In this document: positions 61,501 through 64,000 of the stretch, piece by piece
Layout: every line of letters begins with the position of its first letter
Numbering within the stretch: the stretch's first letter is position 1
From: Podarcis pityusensis
Taxonomy: Eukaryota
DNA: 64,000 bases
Assembly: GCA_964106645.2 (NCBI GenBank)
Contig: OZ067041.1
Direction: 5' to 3' (one strand)
The notes under the pieces: generated by a model
Told to the model about the DNA's origin: nothing
What the model saw: the letters and a program-made list of their open reading frames with translations, nothing else
The model's database searches: none
Program-made: the position numbers and the translations under genes

Positions 61501-63329
61501 AACTCCTGTCTATAACAGGCGTTCTCATCTTATTGCCACACAACCTTGATGTCCTACCAGGTCTAACTTCAAACAGCTCTGCTAAAAGTCCTCTTTTCCA
61601 TTTAATCACACACAGTGTGCTATTTTTGAGCTGTAATTCAGATGATACTGTTGAGGTGGTCTTTCTTTTTGTGCTTTTATCCACAAAGACATTTGCAGCA
61701 TGTTTCACATTCTTCCCTTGCTCATTCCACACTTCCCTAATCTCGGGGAGCAGATTACAGTACAAAATCTGCTCCCTGAGATTAGGTAGAACAAAGGAGG
61801 TGGCACAGAGAGAGGAGAATGAGAGAGAGAGAGAGAGAAGGGACTGGCTCTGCCAACATGCACCCCCCAGAGATTACCTCCCTCCTAAAGGAGTGGGGCC
61901 CTCAAGGGCACACAGGTTCCCCATGATGAAACATGATGGTGGTTTCACCCTCTGACTCTTAACTACTCCTGTTCTCCCCTAAAGAAGTCTCTTCCCTCTG
62001 CCCAGTTCAATCTAGACTACACCCCAGCTTCCATTGTTTCTCTCACAAAGGGTTGGAGCTACCCTCTAATCCTGCTGACCCCCCACCCCACGCTATACTC
62101 ATGTACTTGTTTTTAAGACCAGTCGACTTCCGTGGAAGCTGGCTACAAATAAGTGAGGTTTAATCAGGGTGTTATTCCGCAAGCGACTACATCAGGTTGC
62201 TGAGGACCAGGATTAGTAATTGAGATGCAAGCATTCCGTGGGGAAAGCGTTAATGAACCTCCACAGGCAAGGCGCTGCCTAGATTCTCTCTGTTCTGAGG
62301 CCAATCGCTTTACCTGTACACTAAGGAGAAAAACGAAGGCAATTCTGCTTTATTTCCTAAAATCTGGATGTAAAACCAACTGCTATTTTGTTCCCTGGGA
62401 ACAATGATATTGCAAAAAACGATGAGGACCTTTAATTCAGTGGCTAGGATCCTTGCTGTGTCCGTCTTCATTCTGTGTACCACTACAGGGCAGAGAACAG
62501 TTAACACCTTTACAGGCAAGTAGCAAAACACTTTACTGATACCTACGTAGTTTCACGTTTAATTTTAATTTGGACATGGCACTGAACATTGCTCTTCAAA
62601 AATCTACTTTTACCTCAGGGACCATTTATTTTCAGGACAACTCTTGTGATTCATCCTAGCTCATTGGCGATTATGGATTTAAAATTCTCAGGAGTGCTTG
62701 GTGTCTTTTGGATATAGGATTCTGGGTGGCAAGTGATGCAGCTTTTTATCATGAAGCACCTTAAAAAAGATGCGAACTAGGGTCATTATGCTATGTAAAC
62801 TATAGACCAGAGAAACTGCCTCTGCAGAATTCTCTGAGAATTTGTGGATGTGGAGGTTTTTCAGCTTTGTTTCTAGCTCTGGAATCCTGTGATCCCGTTC
62901 TCGATTGGGGCGGTGGTGAGGTTAGCTTAGTAAGCAAGACTGGCTAGATCAGTTGTGGAGAGGCTTTCAACAAGAGATGTGATGGATGGGAATGAAGGAT
63001 GTTGCGCCTGCAAATGTTTGTGCTGACCTTTGTTTTTAAAACAGTTGGTTGATGGGTCAGAACCATGAAAGGACCCAGAATACAGTCCTCATGGGAACAC
63101 CATGCTGTTTAGCCTAATCATGGGTAGGAACAATAAGACTATGTAGCTCTTCCGTTACCACTGTATTCAGATCAATATTTAAACATTGGTTTAATTTCTT
63201 ATTGACCCTTATCATCTAGGCTGGGCTATGATTTCTGAATAATTAGAAATATTTGCTCTTCTAAAAGTCTATCCTTAAAAGCTGAAAGCTTTTGCAGAGA
63301 GCTGCATTCTGAATGAATTAAAACCAGTA

Positions 63330-63488
63330 AAACCAACTAAAATTTTAAGGTATCTGAAGAAGTGTGAATGCACACGAAAGCTTATACCCAGAACAAAGAT
63401 AGTTGGTCTCTAAGGTGCTACTGGACAATTTTTAATTTTTTGAAATTTATTTCGACTGCGTCAGACCAACATGGCTACCTACCTGAAT
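63330..63488 (+). mobile_element. Penelope-like element fragment (pseudo-LTR) carrying a hammerhead motif
   Basis: CTGAAGAAGTGTG..CACACGAAAGCTTATACC...TAGTTGGTCTCTAAGGTGCTACTGG...AGACCAACATGGCTACC; flanking direct repeat ttaaaaccagta (63318-63329, 63489-63500); homologous copy at ~27190-27322. Confidence 0.7.
63349..63388 (+). ncRNA. Minimal type I hammerhead ribozyme motif
   Basis: Stem I GGUAU/AUACC; CUGAAGA; extra A; stem II GUGUG-aaug-CACAC; GAAA; palindromic AGCU stem III; UU cleavage site. Confidence 0.6.
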
Positions 63489-64000
63489 TTAAAACCAGTA
63501 GTTTCATTACAGGGGTAGCCACTATGAATCCTATAACATTGTAGCCTGTGCGGTGGTGGTGGTGATTGTGTAATCAGTATCATTGGTTCAGAATGTCAAG
63601 ATTTTGAGAAAGAAAACCGAAGCTACACGCTTCTCCCTCTCCCATCCATGCTGCTGTTCTATACGGCTATTGAATAACACTGTGCCCTCAGTTGCTATTT
63701 GCTGCAGGAGGCCTGACTTATCTCATTATTCTTAATTTGTCCCAACATTAAAAAGTGAAGGGGACTTTGAATCCTCTGTTAGTGTGCATAACTTTATTCC
63801 CAGACATTCTGCAGTAGCTTTCCAAATATTGAATTTTGCAGAAACATATTCATAACAGAATGACAAAGGAGAAAAGAAAAACAGGCTGATAGGGAAAAAG
63901 AAGGGTAAAAATGTGTTGGCATCACCCCAAAGGGGTGGACTTCTTTCACATGCCACATTTCCACTGGTTACCTGCCACAGTATATATATCATGTGTTATT

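Noticed and set aside
54110-64000. Search for UMODL1 or other coding exons
   Set aside because: No Cys-rich EMI/WAP/EGF-like or otherwise recognisable coding sequence; short ORFs look random.

Overview
Vertebrate genomic DNA from a squamate reptile. Sauria SINE, BovB, CR1, L2 and lizard-type MITEs are present; a lacertid lizard is likely, but that is inference. The window holds a syntenic block of three minus-strand genes known from human 21q22.3. (1) The 5' end of PRDM15: non-coding exon 1 in a CpG island at ~6 kb, and the first coding exon MAEDGSKEAVLI at 44-80. (2) A complete 14-exon C2CD2: CDS 33615->10288, 2115 nt, 704 aa, with all GT-AG junctions and phases checked by hand. (3) ZBTB21/ZNF295: single coding exon 46385->43227, 1052 aa, with a CpG-island promoter at ~53 kb. 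The rest is intronic or intergenic DNA rich in transposon fragments. I see no new multi-gene system. The most notable unexplained observations are: a 4-nt tandem duplication that puts the apparently ancestral first AUG of C2CD2 out of frame, creating a strong-Kozak overlapping uORF; an intact minimal hammerhead-ribozyme motif in a Penelope-like insertion; palindromic hAT MITEs that each carry two ZNF143/SBS-like motifs; and a strand-asymmetric hairpin in the ZBTB21 3' UTR. Gene identities rest on my recall of the human proteins, not on a database search.
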